DNA from: Ptychomitrium polyphyllum
Lineage: Eukaryota
NCBI GenBank assembly: GCA_973851085.1
Contig: OZ316775.1
Location: forward strand, 2,108,001-2,172,000
Length of the DNA stretch: 64,000 nt
Direction: 5' to 3'
The notes beneath the pieces were generated by a model. It saw only the letters and a list, made by a program, of their open reading frames with translations. It was not told the origin of the DNA and searched no databases. A program made the translations under genes and the position numbers. Positions 27,820 to 41,141 of the stretch are shown here, in pieces; within the stretch, counting starts at the first letter, position 1; each line of letters begins with the position of its first letter.

Positions 27820-27841
27820 AAAAAAAAAAAAAAAAAAAAAA
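27820..27841 (+). repeat. Poly(A) run (about 22 nt)
   Basis: Seen directly, at the edge of the AT-rich block. Confidence 0.9.
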
Positions 27842-29336
27842 GCTATGCTTGCACTCACATAGCAGATTTGTTGCTTATAGATTCTAAACACAAACAACAA
27901 AAAAGTGAGAATTTACTAAAACAGAATGATTAAACTTACAGAGGGAAGAAACGGATTTTGGAGAGTATTTGTTTTGGCAAACTTCAACTTTGAAAAAAAT
28001 CATAAAAATATTTGTAAAAGAAGTACCAAACCCTTATGTGACTACAAGCATGTTGCAAAACATTCCTACTAAACTCTTGCACAGTCAGGTCTAAGATGAT
28101 CCTAAACTACCAATGTGGCACCCAAGACCGCAGTGCTTGGTTTAATTCCTCACCATGAAATCGATCCTGGATTGATGGAATCTTAGCATGGGGATAAAGC
28201 TGCCCCGGTTGTTTCCAAAAAACATAAAAAACAAAAAGTCTTGCACGGTGGTTAAAAGGGATGATTTTGGAGACAGCAAGAGGGGGGGGGTGTGTGGGGC
28301 CCACTCACTACCTGGTCTGAAACCGTGGATCACAGTGGGCTGTTCCAAACCAATCCCTCGACCAAACAAACGCCAACGAGAAGCAAAGGCAAGATGCCGC
28401 AACCAATGGACGCCCTCTGGCTCTCGTCCGCTCGGTCGGCCAATCCCGAGCGGCCACACAAACATCGCCGAGGCAAAACCAAAGCAGCGCAAGCGCAGCG
28501 GAGAGCATAGCGAATCTCCCAAGTCTGCGAGGCTACTAAAGCCGGGGAGCGCGTCGGAATGCTCTCGCGAAGACCATCCAAGTGCACTTGCACAGACAGC
28601 CCAAGCGAAGGTCTTCCCCCGCTGCCCAGGCCGCCCCAGACAATCCATCCCGCCCACACGCCACGCGCCCCTGCCCTGCATTCCCTGTCTGTGTACAGTG
28701 TGTGTGTGCAGTGTGACGCTGTGTGTGTTCTGCATCGATCAGGGCAGCAGCAGCAGAGCTAACAGCAGCTTGCGTCGCCACCGCAAGCGCGCAACAGCAC
28801 CAACATCATGACTGCCTAACTTAGGTCGACTCTCTTCTCCTCATGTGTTGCTCACCATGGGCTGCCACGGTTAAACCCTTCCGCTTCCTTGCAAGCCACT
28901 TCAATTAGGGCTGTGAGGCCATCTTAGTCTGCTCTGTACCTTTTTTTTTCTAAGTTTGCTTTGCTTGTTGTTGCTGCTCCGACGATCTTAGTGCGGTGGA
29001 CGTGGAGCTTTTTGAGGATGGTGTCGTTTGAGAGGCATGAAGTTTTGAACGATTTAATTTTTTTTAAATATTGTTTTTGTTCATGTTGTCGTCGTCGTTG
29101 TGTGGTGGAGTTCATGTGCATTGGTTTTGAGTGGATTGTTTGGTTGACTTTCAGGAGCATTGGAGACTAGTAGGGGAGGATGTTCTTGTGTCAATCTTCG
29201 GTCTGCATGGACGGGTAGGTAGGGTGGTGAGAGAGGATCGGAGTGTAGCGTGTGCATGTAGGGATTGGTGTAGTGTTGGCAGGGAAGTTGCCCGGGGGAG
29301 TATTGAGGAGGGTGGCCTCTTCGCTATGCTTGCTCG

Positions 29337-31885
29337 ATGCGTTTCCACGCGCCGGTTCTTATCACGAAAGTGAGGGACCAGATTAGATTGTTCATGCTGT
29401 TGCGCAAGGCTGGAAATGCGACCAGTCAGTTCGACCTAAGTAGGAAGGCGTCGCAGGACGGCCTGCTTAGTGTTGGCAAGGTTGCAGTCTCTAGTCGAGA
29501 GATGCGCTGCGCGAGAGGATTGCACGCTAACCAGGCCTTACAGAACTTGCAATTGCAAGGTGTACAGCAGTCCAAGACGCAGATGGAGCGCTTGGCGAGC
29601 TCGGCAATGGCTCGCTTGCTCTACAAGAGGCGCAGCCCCTGGAACGCAGTGGATGCCCAGTCGCTCGACACGCAAGCCTCGGTTTTGCCCAAGTTGTCGT
29701 CGTCGTGTGCTGCACACCCACGTGCTCAATCCTGCTGCATAGATGATTTCTCGTTGGTGTTGAATGGTTTTGGTAGGGCCGTCACAGGCCGTGGTCAGGG
29801 TGTCCGCAGCTTCATGCTTTGTGCTCGGCGTGGGTACCTGCTCGGAAGGAGTTCCCGAGGCATTGTTCGTGTCAGCGGAAGCGGGGTTCAAGGGGAAGGC
29901 AACAACGGTTTCGATCGCGACTTTCCTGATGCTTCTTACTTCGGTAAGGCAATGTTTTGGATTGACCTTTGTATCACAATCTGTCGCATACGTGCTTAAT
30001 TTTCTGCTAGCTAGGTATCTTCAGAACAACTTTTGTGAAGTCCTGAAGATTTGAAGATGAATTTGCTTCTTTTACTTGGGCTTTGCGAGATATCTCCAGA
30101 ATTTGGGAGACAAAATTGTTGTTGTCTGTTCGCATTCGCGAGGCATTTTGAAGGATGTGGGGCGGTTGCGTTGCATATACACACCACAGTGGATGAATAT
30201 TCTTCAGATTTACTTATCCGGCGTGGTAGATTAATAGGCGCTTTTTGAAGGAGTTGAAAATGAGAAAGAGGGAATTTTGAATCAGTTCGCAAACGGTAGT
30301 GGAGAAAACTTTGAATAACACTCCGGAGCAGTGACATGCAAAATACCCTTGTTTTGTAACCTGGAGGCGCTGTATGATGGCAGGAAATGGCCCTTCTCGC
30401 GAAGATGATTTGGCTGCCTGGAATAAATGGCATCCAATGCTGCCAGAAAACGAAGGGGATCAGCCGATTCCTGCTGCTGATATGTTCCGAGTAATCGAGA
30501 GTTCTAAGGACAGCAAGTTTGACATTGACTATTTGGGGGAGAGCACGAAAGGGGACATGAACGTAAGGCCTGAAGCTTTTGAAAATGGAGATTCTCACTT
30601 ACAAGAAGTTGCTGCGTCATTGGATGAATCTCTAGAGGAAATTGCAAAAGCTGAAGCTAAGGAAGCGGAGGCATTGCTTGATGCTTTAAAGATTCCGGTA
30701 ATTATTCTAGTTATTTCGGTTATAGTATAGAGAGCAGAGCATTTGTAGTGCCTCTGAGTGTTTGTAGGACATCCCACTATCCGGCTGTGGTCAAGCTTTT
30801 AACAATTCATAGTTACAGAGGTGAATACGCTCATTTTGTTCAGGTTGACCTTGGCGACTCCTCCCTGTATTGCAAGAGTGTTATCTGATGTGTGGATAAT
30901 GAAGTTTGAGGATCTGTGTGTGGCACTGCAGAGACGCTTTCCTCATGGTGTTGCTTCTAGGGGTATATTCTGCAGCCGCACTTTAAGCTTACGGTCGATC
31001 ACAACTATTGGTTACGATATGGATTACACTCTCATTCACTACAATGTTCATGTAAGTAACTCCTCATTTGGTGCTTCATCGTTTCTAGTCACCAAATCGT
31101 CTCAAATTGTTATTTAGCGTAGGTTTTTCGTCTGCTTGTGGTATTTATCAAGATCTGATATTTGACTGGTTCCCTCACAGGCTTGGGAGGGGAGGGCTTA
31201 TGAGTATGGAATGAACAACCTTCGTTCAATGGGTTACCCTGTTGACGGCCTCAAGTTTGACTCAGAATTGGTAATCATTTGGGATTAGATGGTGTCCAAT
31301 ACACATATCGTATGCTTTTATAAGATTTTGGCTATTGGTCAGGGGTATGACCTGATAAACTTTACTCAGCTGGAGGTGTGCTTGATTTTTAAAATATTGT
31401 TTGCAAGGTCTACTCCACGGAATGGCAGGTTTTCTCCTGGTCATAATATGAACTTGTAGTCAATAGAATCAGCCTTACATGGTATAAACCATTTGGATAT
31501 AAGTCAGATATGTTTACGACATGACCAAGGCTTTTCTGGCAGGTTATCCGAGGATTGGTGCTTGATAAACAAATGGGAAATTTAGTGAAGGCCGATCGCT
31601 TTGGCTATATTAAGCGAGCAATGCATGGAACCAAGATGCTGTCAAATCGAGAAATCAGGTGTTTTTATTGTGGTTGTTTTAAGATCTAATGGATTTTGAG
31701 ATATGTGTACAACAAAATGTCCAATCTATGAGCTTATTTTTTATTTCAAGTATGCCGATTGAAGTTGGCGAGCAATTTAAGAGATGAAAATAGTTTTAGT
31801 TGAAGAGACAACGAATTTCGGTTGCAAGTTCTCTCTGGGTGCTCTAGCAGTTTACAATCGAGTAAGATTGGTATATATGTACACC

Positions 31886-31919
<34 letters not shown>

Positions 31920-34900
31920 TTTAGTCTAACTATGTATTGGAACCTCAAATGGTTGCAGCGAACTCTACGGTCGTGAACTAGTGGATTTGCGAAATGAGGG
32001 ACGTTGGGAATTTCTGAATACTCTGTTCTCCATATCCGAATCAGTAATGTTTATGCAGGTGAACGCTTTGTCACTTACTTTTTGCTTTACAATTATCTCT
32101 TTTAGAATGTGTTATACCCAATGTGTTATATTTGTGTTTAGCATCGTATTGACGAGGATATTGATGTTCTAGGGCTACTCCTCATGCAAGTGACCTCTCT
32201 GCTTATTGCACAATGCATTGTGGCTTTGATTTCTCTTTCTCCCATTTGTTTCTTATTCCTCTCGCTTAAATTTCTTCTTGAAGTTACCTCCCTTCGTTAT
32301 AGCACCCTGCAATTTGCGTCTATCTGATATATCTTGCATCTTTCCATAGCCCTGCTCATGTATTAAGGCCGGTGCTGTTACACCACTTGTACTTAATTTT
32401 AAATTCCAATATACTATACGAATGAAATCTTCATTTAGATTAAGGCGTGCTTTACCGTATCAGGGTTTCTAACAGCCCTGTCTGTATCGATTGTAGATGG
32501 TGGAGAGGCTTGATGAGGGCTCGTTACCTCCTGAGATTGGGCCAATGGATTACAAAGGCTTGTATGCGGTAACTTTACACAGTGCAGTTTTGTTTGATAT
32601 TATATCAGTGCGGCATATTACTTCTTGTTCCATGTGAGCATTGATGTATTTGTTATAAAGAATCGCCCCGGTTAGCATATCAATAGCATGTAACTTAGTG
32701 CTGCATAATTAAGTCTTGTGAACAATGTATGGATATTTCTTCCTGTATGCATTTGGGTGCAATTATTCGTTTACAGCTGTGTATTTCTGAGCGGTAGGGT
32801 TACATTTTCCACTTTTGCAGGTGGTGTCAAAGTCGCTTTTCAAGGCCCACGTCGAAGGTCAATTGAAGGTGTGATTGAACCTTCTGGTGTTAACTTCTCT
32901 TGTTGTCACTAAATTTTCTTGTTTGTATTATATTCTAGGTACATAAACATTTGATTTGATGAGGCGCTGCAGGAATTGTATGCGACTTAAGGATTTCATG
33001 ATGATTCGGACGCTCTTTTTATAAGAAAAGGGAAGATTGTCAAGTGACTTTTGTGTTTCTATTGCTGCAGGCAGAAATTATCAACAATCCTGAGTTATTT
33101 ATAGAGCTCGATCCTGAGCTTCCCTTGGCTCTCTTAGATCAGAAGGAGGTTCGAACACCACCCTGCTTTGAGAGCACATTCTGGTAGTTTTTACAGGGCT
33201 TCCAAATATTATTGAAATTGAAGTTGAACTACTGGGATTTTTCAGTTACAATTAGTGTCAAGTATATTGGATTCACTTGTGCAAAATCTATGTTGCTTTT
33301 TCAGGCTGGTAAACGGTTGTTGCTTATCACAAACTCTGACTATCTTTACACCAACAAGATGATGCAATACGCTTTTGACAAATATCTCCCGCATGGCATG
33401 GGTTGGCGGTCTCTTTTTGATATGGTACGGGTTTCTAGCGAGAATCCATCATTTAGAGTCGGTGGAAAGTCGTTCTTTTCAAGCATGATTTTTCATCGAT
33501 TTTACATACTTCTGAAACTCACAAGTGCTTCCAAACAAAGTTTCTGAGATCTCATATCTCTGTTTCTGGATTTCTGAGATCTCATATCTCTTAACAAAAT
33601 ATCTCAGGGTTGTTAAGACTGAAGCTTACATCCTTACTGTTCAAGTTACTTGACATATTAAATATCTTAATCGTTACCTTCTTAGATATTCCTACTTACA
33701 GAGCACTCCTACGTGAGTAGACTCGTTGCTTTAATTCAATATTGCACGCGTTCTGCAGGTTATTGTTTCGGCCAGGAAACCTGATTTTTTTCAAAAATCC
33801 AATCCTCTTTATGAAATAGTAACGGAAGAAGGATTAATGCGTCCTTGCTTCAAGGCCACGTCAGGTACAGACAATCACCAGCAATGTTTGAGCAAGTTGT
33901 TGTTGGGTATAGTTGAAGTTAGAGTGAGGTATTCAGTGATTCACATACTGTTAGTTTGCACAATAATATTATCCTTTTGTAAAAACATTTAGAAGCATTG
34001 GAACAGTATGAAGGATCTCGTAGCTTTCGAGGTTGTGAATCAGATTCTTTTTACCACATTATCAAAGCTTTCGCGATTTGCTTCCCTCTTTGTGTAATTT
34101 GATTTACTGGTACTTGACCAATTCCTGCTACTTTTCAGGTGGACTTTACTGTGGTGGTAGCGCCTTGATGGTGGAGAAAGCACTTGGCTTTCATGGTGAT
34201 GAGACTCTTTATGTTGGTGATCATATCTACACAGATGTGAGCATGTCTAAAGTTCATTTAAGATGGAGGACTGCCCTTATCTGTCGCGAGCTAGAGAAAG
34301 AGGTAAATTGCCTATGTCGTGGACTGTCAGATGAGGAAGTAACTGCACTGAAACTGATGTCTATGTCTTGCTCCTCAGTCAGAGGGTTGGAGCTAAATGA
34401 CGTACTGTTTAGTCATGTAACAAAATTTATATTCTTTTCTTCACAATTTCAAAAAGCTCCTTGCTTAGGCTAAGTTGATCATAAAAGGCAAAGGGCTTAT
34501 TATTAGAACTTTTGTCGCTGAGCATAGTAAAATTATTTGAAAAATAATAATGTAATATAATACAATGTAATATATACATATATATAAACCCTCTGACTGG
34601 GAACAGATACGGCAAACCAAGAACATTCCAACTGCGTTTAAAATGTAACATGTTGATATCGCATGGATTAGTTATGAATAACACAAAATATGGCATTTAG
34701 GCACCCATTGTCGTCACTAAGCTTTGATATACATGGCTTTTACACTCACTGTCTCTGAATCAAGATGTACATATCTTTTAGGTGTAAAAGTAGTCATCCT
34801 GTGTATTCACTTAGTCTATTTCTGATCCACCTATTGAGCATGCAGGTGAAGGCATTAGCGTATGGAAGGGATCATAGAACCAAGTTGATAGAGTTGATGA

Positions 34901-36970
34901 ATCAGAAAGAAGCTGTTGGGGATGTCTTTAATCAGCTTCGGCTTGCATTGCAACGTCGTACTGCAGGAAGACCAGCACAGGTGTGCTTTCGCCCATCCTG
35001 CCTTTGTCATATGTTTGATGTTCTGGCTTAGAGTGCTCTTGCATCTGTATAGTTTGGTCTAGTTTACTTTGAACGCGTGTCATTCATCTTGTTAGTGCGG
35101 ATTTAAATTTAATCATATCACCATACTTACTGCCTATGTTACATTGTTTTATATCGCTTCCGGTTACCTCAATATGGATCACCATGCTTTGTTTGTATTT
35201 TTGTTGGCTGGAGCGTCATTTGTTCTCTTTTGTTTAGTACAGTATGCCTTAAAAACAACTGATGCATACAGACGGATAGAACAACAAGCATGGATGGGCG
35301 AGAGCTGGCAGAGAACATGCAGAAGTTGCTTGTTTTAATGAGCAGACTGGATCAGAGAATTGCTCCTATGTTGGATGCTGACGGAGAGTATTTCAATCAA
35401 AGGTATTGACTGCAGTAGAGACATGGAAGAGATACGGAAGTCACCATTTTTTAAACCTAAATCTGCACAAAGACCTAGAAGAATGGAATGTGCTTTGATA
35501 TTTCATTCAATTGGGATAAGTAACTTGATCCAAATATAGCTGTATAGGAGTTCAGATATGAGTTTGTACAAAATGTCGCAATAGTTTTTGTCTTGCAGTG
35601 TTTGTCACAGTTGAAGTATTCGGTTTGTTAGATTTTAAGCTGTAAGCGTGGGCATTGTGCAAGTATGTTCATTGGGTGTTGCTTTCGCAGGTGGGGTTAC
35701 TTGTCTCGAGCAGGACTTTGGGACAAAAGCCATCTTACTCGGCAAATTGAGAAGTAAGTATTTGAAGCGCGTTTTAGAGCCCTGTTCTTCTACTGAAGCA
35801 TCTCTACAGAATTTGTTGTGCAAATGTCCCATTAGGAATTCAGCTAACCATGATCCATGCATCCCTCTTGTCATCGACTTCCTTTTGACCACTGTCTACT
35901 TGTATAGTCATCATTCTGTGTATTTTTTGGCAATATTAGTACTAAAAGTTGAAAGTTGTATTGAGAATTAGGGTTATGTGATCAGGGATCTGATCATAGC
36001 ACACATGCCTCTGCCAGAGGTGTCATATAAGGAATGTACATTTCTCCTTACGAAACCGTCGTTAAAATTAGGTAGCCTATATCCTCTAGTGGTAAGTGCT
36101 GTAGATCATTATTCTCATTATTTGCTTTAAAGTCGTGTGTTGTACTTACTGATAGGACTGTTTGCTTCCCAGGTATGCAGATATTTACACATCACGCGTT
36201 TCGAATTTTTTGCGATATTCTCCATTTATGTACTTTCGGTCACAGTCTCAGGTATTGATGGCTTCTTTGTTGTTTTACAACTACCCGGGCTTCTGTCGGG
36301 TTGTCTCACACTTCATACTTAAATACGTTGTGCGCAGAAACTGTTCTTATTTGACATTATTTCCAGGTATTTTTGGAAACGTGCCCGAATAACTAGCACA
36401 GGCTTTGGAGGTCAGGATGCTATGTCAGATATGTACGCTTGAGTATTGGAAAATGAGATAAGGAGCTAAATGTAATTATCTTATGTAATGCCGATTATCA
36501 AAAACCCTGTGAAGCTGTTGTGCAAAGGGTTGCGTTGGCGTGCAGTAGTTCTTCCTGCATGTGTTTTTGCAGTATGACTTCGAGGTAAAAATTGAACAGG
36601 GCAGTTTTCAGCTGCTATTGCAGATATCTGCAGCTATGGTTTTCCTTTCTTATGCTTATGGATCTAATGGTATGAGTTGAAGACAAGGTGGACCTACACG
36701 ATCCATCTAATCTTTAGATTGTCTCTTATCAAGATAATCGTAATGTGGGCATCATTCAGGTGTAGCTAACTTTTACAGTATGCCAATACCTCTGAAGCTG
36801 AGCCTAATGTTTGTCGTGCTTGACAGACATTGGCACATGACTGCGAAGCTGAATCACCTGAATTTGATGCTGGTGAAAACGAGCTATCACGAGTGTGCTA
36901 CGAAAACAGTCCCGAGAAGCTTGAGATGGTGGAGTCATCTGGGTCGGTAACACCGGGTAGAAGAAGATGA
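29337..36970 (+). CDS. HAD-superfamily subfamily IG 5'-nucleotidase (cN-II/NT5DC-like) with a long organellar-type N-terminal extension, up to about 828 aa; 17 exons: 29337-29943, 30384-30697, 30932-31051, 31181-31270, 31543-31658, 31959-32058, 32497-32568, 32821-32868, 33071-33148, 33305-33424, 33759-33864, 34139-34302, 34846-34980, 35272-35402, 35691-35753, 36173-36251, 36827-36970
   Basis: HAD motif I in GIFCSRTL..IGYDMDYTLIHY, motif II LLLITNS, motif III SARKPDFF, motif IV LYVGDHIYTDV, and YADIYTSRVSN. Splice phases are consistent. The actual start codon is uncertain. Confidence 0.92.
31889..31918. repeat. (TG)15 microsatellite in a nucleotidase intron
   Basis: Seen directly. Confidence 0.95.
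33541..33590. repeat. 20-bp direct duplication TTTCTGAGATCTCATATCTC (intronic)
   Basis: Identical copies at 33541-33560 and 33571-33590. Confidence 0.9.
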
Positions 36971-37940
36971 TACACTCAATTGCTGCATTTATGTAGTTGA
37001 ATTTGACGCTACGGTGCATCCCATAAGTGAGTCTGGTGTTTCCAGTTGATCGACTCTGGCTGACACACACAAACCTCCGGGTTTCTCGAGGTGTTTCTTT
37101 TCAAGACATGCAAATTGTAAAATATCATGGAGGTACTGCTGCGTTTCATGATCATGAACTGCGTGCATCGTCATTGACGATGTGGTTCCTCTGGATCTGG
37201 CGTGATCACATTTTTAAGTTCATTTAGTGTTATTATTTAGAGTGTGTCTGGAGTCAGATGTGCTCTGTAGATACAAGCGTAAGAGTTCTGATCTGGAGGT
37301 CTATTCTATAGAGAGTACTGTTGAAGCATTTTTCAGCTTCTCTTTCGGTTTCCTTTAGTTTTCAGAGTAGTGTATTGTCATATGTAAGTTGAGAGACCTT
37401 GAACAGGTTGAGTCCACACATTGGTAAAGCATAGGTACTTTTTCTGCTTGTTCGTTTATCCTCATTAGTACCCATTAACGCAGCCACATGTGTAAAGAGT
37501 TGCAACATCTTGTTGTTGTGCTCCTGCTATACAAGTTTCAACAATTTGAAATTCAAAAGAAACATCGTTTATATACACTATGGAGTATAAAATGACATTT
37601 TTTTCTGTATGGATTTTCCAAAGCCATAACCCCTATCTTCTTTAGTATGAATAAAAGTAGGTCATTCCAACACAGAGAAATAAGCAAATGCACTTTAAAA
37701 GAATTAAACTTCTACACTTCAGGGTGATTCTAAAAGTTCTTCAATTTTACTGCATGATTCCATGATTCCATTACCAATCTACAACACACACAAGGTGACT
37801 CCTTGGATTGAGACATACCCTGGACCAACACATGCCCTGGCATGACACATACCCTGAGTTAACAAATAGGTAAAGGACCTAGTGCTGAGGGGTATTGAGG
37901 TCTCATGTGGTGTTGGGTGATGACCCAGAGGCTTAAGAGC

Positions 37941-38013
37941 GGGGGTGGGGGTGGGGGTGGGGGTGGGGTATTAGGGTAGAGGAGGTTGGGGAGACATTAG
38001 GGTTTAAGGGCCC
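37941..38013 (+). promoter_or_regulatory. SURF6 proximal promoter: (G5T)4G4 tract, telo-box and GGGCCC
   Basis: G tract at 37941-37968, TTAGGGTTT at 37997-38005 and GGGCCC at 38008-38013; the ATG is at 38056. Confidence 0.65.
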
Positions 38014-38055
38014 GCTCGCTCGTTTGTCCGCTCCCGAATTCTTTGCTCCATCGCT

Positions 38056-41000
38056 ATGGCCACCACGGTGGTGGAGAAGGACACCGACCGGGACGCCGTG
38101 CACCAGCATGCGCTCTGTGAGTTCACGACCCTTTCGTATTTCCTGTCTTCTGAAGTTTTTGGGGTTTTGAGGGTTTTGGAGGTTTTAGGGTTTATGGGGG
38201 TGTCGGGGGTGTCGAGGCACATGGAAGGAGCAGGCGGGATACGGTGTCGTGCATCCGCTCCAATGGGCAGTAAGAGTATGGCCTGTGAAACACCCTCCTC
38301 GGGTGATTGTCGCTGTTGCTGAAGGCTTTCATACAGGGTTTATGGAGTGTGGCATTCCTATGGGGAAGAGTGAGTAAGTGAATGGCCCAGTGAGGGTGTT
38401 TCACAGGCGGACGCTGTGGCTGTGAGTGCGGTTGGGATGTGTGATATGGGTTTCGCTGCGAAAGACTGGGGCGGACTGGCATCCCTGATGGGGATTCATG
38501 GTATGAATTCCAGTGTGTTGTTGTGGGGGTGAGGGCGTTTCTCAGAGGTGAGTGTTGGGGTTTGTGGATGGTGGCAGTCTTTGACCGGCTGGTGGAGATG
38601 ATTCCCGCCAACATCTATGTCGCCAAGGAGAATCCAACGGATCAATGGGTAAGTGGGGCACAGCAGTGTAGGCAGGCTATGGTGTGCTGCGTGGAGGTTT
38701 GGGGAGGGTCTTTGAGGGGTTTGAAGATGGAATGCACCGCAGGGAGGATTAGGGTTCAATTGATTTAGGTGTGGGCATTTTGGGTTTTTTTGGTGGGAGA
38801 TGTGGTGTTAGGCGTCCTCTATGATTACATGTTGAAGGCGAGTTTTGGGAATGTGTTAGGTGCATGGCATGAGCAAGAAAGCACGAGCAGAGTCGAAGAG
38901 GAAGACGAAATTGAATTTGAAGAAAGCAAAACGAGCTCGAGTAAGTTTTTGGGGTTGTACATGGATGGTCATAGTCAGATTAGTGGGTTGGGTTTAAGCA
39001 GTAGATTTAAGCCCTGATGAATGTTTGCAGAGAGTTATTTTGAACCAGAGGTTCTGTAAACGATGTTGTCAGGGTTAGTGTACAGTATTTTCTTGTTATG
39101 ATTATGAAATATAACCTTTAGTCACGTCTGATTAGACACGATTTGTGCATATTGACAACGTTTCACGTTTGTATTACAGCTGGATCCGGAGAATGCTAGA
39201 ACTACTCTGGAGGTAATTCAGCATCAAGAGAAGACCAAGGATACTCCATCCGAATCTTCAGGTCTGTATTTCATACTCACTTTGAGAGCAACACCGTACT
39301 CTGTACTTAGTGAAATCTATTCGTAGACGAATTCTTGTTGTTCACTCCATTCAAAGCTTGCTAATTTATAAAGGATTTGCAGTTGCGGCAGGTGGTGGAG
39401 CAGATAAGCCAAGGACAGTGACTTATGAAGAATTGCGCGACAGGTTGCATAAAAGAATTGAAATGCTCCGTGCTAAGCGCCACGCTGATCAAGCTGCTAG
39501 TACTGCGAAGGTTGCTAAAGAGTGGCAGAATCAAAAGAAGAACGATTCTTTGAAGCGGAATCGGAAAAGCAAAGCTATAGATCCAGACTCTACAGATGGC
39601 GAAACGACAGCACCTGCAGCTAAGCGACTTAAGCTTGACGCGAAACATGTAAACACTCACTTTGATCCATTTGTCATTTCCCGGTCGGTGAATATCCTGG
39701 TTGTATCTCACGGTTTTCTTGATCTTTGCCGTACCTGGGTTCTTGATGCTTGTATAAAATTCCGAATTCCTGCGAACTCTGAGCTGTGTGACTTAATGTG
39801 TCCTTTTTCCCGCCTTTTGCTTAAACAAAGTATAGATGTCATTGATTTGAGGCTTAATATTGCTTGGTTGAACCTCATTGAACTGGGATGATACAGGCGC
39901 CTTCTGATGTCGTTGAAGAAGAGTTGGAATTCAGTCGAGTCAAAATGGGAATTGGTGCTGATCCCGGACATATCAAGAGGAAAAAACCATCAAAAGAAAA
40001 ACTTCTTGCTCAGGTTCTACTTTTTGCGACTGAAACTGTTTTAAGACAAGTTATTTATGTCATGCTTGAATACATCTTTGAAATTATCATCAAGCTGGTA
40101 CTTACATGAGATTGTGACGTGTTTGAGGCAAATAATGAAAGAATAGGTCATCACACTATCTCGCAGTAGTGACAATAGTATGTTTTTTATGTTGTTTTCT
40201 GTTCATCTGCAGGCAACAACTTTGCAAAAGGACATGCATGATCCGGAAAAGGGGCAGGTACTCGTTTGTTTTTTTCGACTCGGTATTGTTTGGGAGCGCT
40301 TTTCTAATATTTAATCTGAATTGGATAAGTGGATCCAATAGCAGTCTCATGCATTATTGTCGATTTTCTCTGAGTGTTCTTGAATTGTTTACAGGAGGTT
40401 GCAACAAAACATGCATGGACTGCTGCCGTGAGCAGAGCTGCTGGCGAGAAGGTGAATCTTAGTGAACTGAAGTACTTTTCTAATGTTTCGATATTTTTGG
40501 CAGTAGTCGAAGAAATGCTGGTTGGCCCTCAATAGCAACTGACTATTGCGCTGGAATTTTGGAATTGTGCAGGTCCTAGATGACCCAAAGCTGTTGAAGA
40601 AGAGTATCAAAAGAGATGAAGGAATGCGAAACAAGAGCGCCAAGAAATGGTAAGGTTTCGACTGTTTTAATGACATTGTTATTATAGCGAACAGTCTACT
40701 TTAATGTCTTTCTGACTCTAATCTGTGTCTTGATGTGCAGGCAAGAACGAAAAGAGACAGAGAAGAAGGGACAACAAGCGAAACAACAAACCCGTAAGGA
40801 ACATATACAGCAGCGGGCAACTGAGAAGAAGGAGCGATCCATTGCTAAGGTCAGTGATTTCGTCAATTGACACATCGTGTGTTGCAGGTTTTTTCAAGTT
40901 TGGCATCTTCATATCGCAGTCTATTGTGCATTGTGGCATGGAATGCAAATATGTTCGAATTTTAGGAGCTAGAGCGATTAGATTGAGAAGAACACAGAAT

Positions 41001-41141
41001 CATATAAGTTGGTTGTTGGTACATTTTACTTGGCTGCTAACTTCGTCTATTTTTTGATATTCTGTGGTGCAGAGAGAAAAGAAGCTGGCAAGGCCTGGCT
41101 TTGAAGGAAGAAAGCAGGGATTTATTAACAAAGGAGATTAG
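38056..41141 (+). CDS. SURF6: SURF6/RRP14 nucleolar ribosome-biogenesis protein, about 344 aa; 11 exons: 38056-38116, 38578-38648, 38860-38940, 39180-39261, 39383-39648, 39897-40013, 40213-40257, 40395-40451, 40573-40649, 40741-40849, 41073-41141
   Basis: N-terminal RRP14 motif HALFFDRLVEMIPANIY..., then KAKRARLDP and EELRDRLHKRIEMLRAKR. C-terminal SURF6 motifs AWTAAVSRAAGEKVLDDPKLLKKSIKR, KSAKKW and RPGFEGRK. Phases are consistent. Confidence 0.93.

Noticed and set aside
28142..28811. 207-aa (+) and 197-aa (-) ORFs
   Set aside because: They span the GC-rich promoter/leader of the nucleotidase (CCAAT boxes, GGGGCCCA, GT repeats) and have no protein-like motifs.
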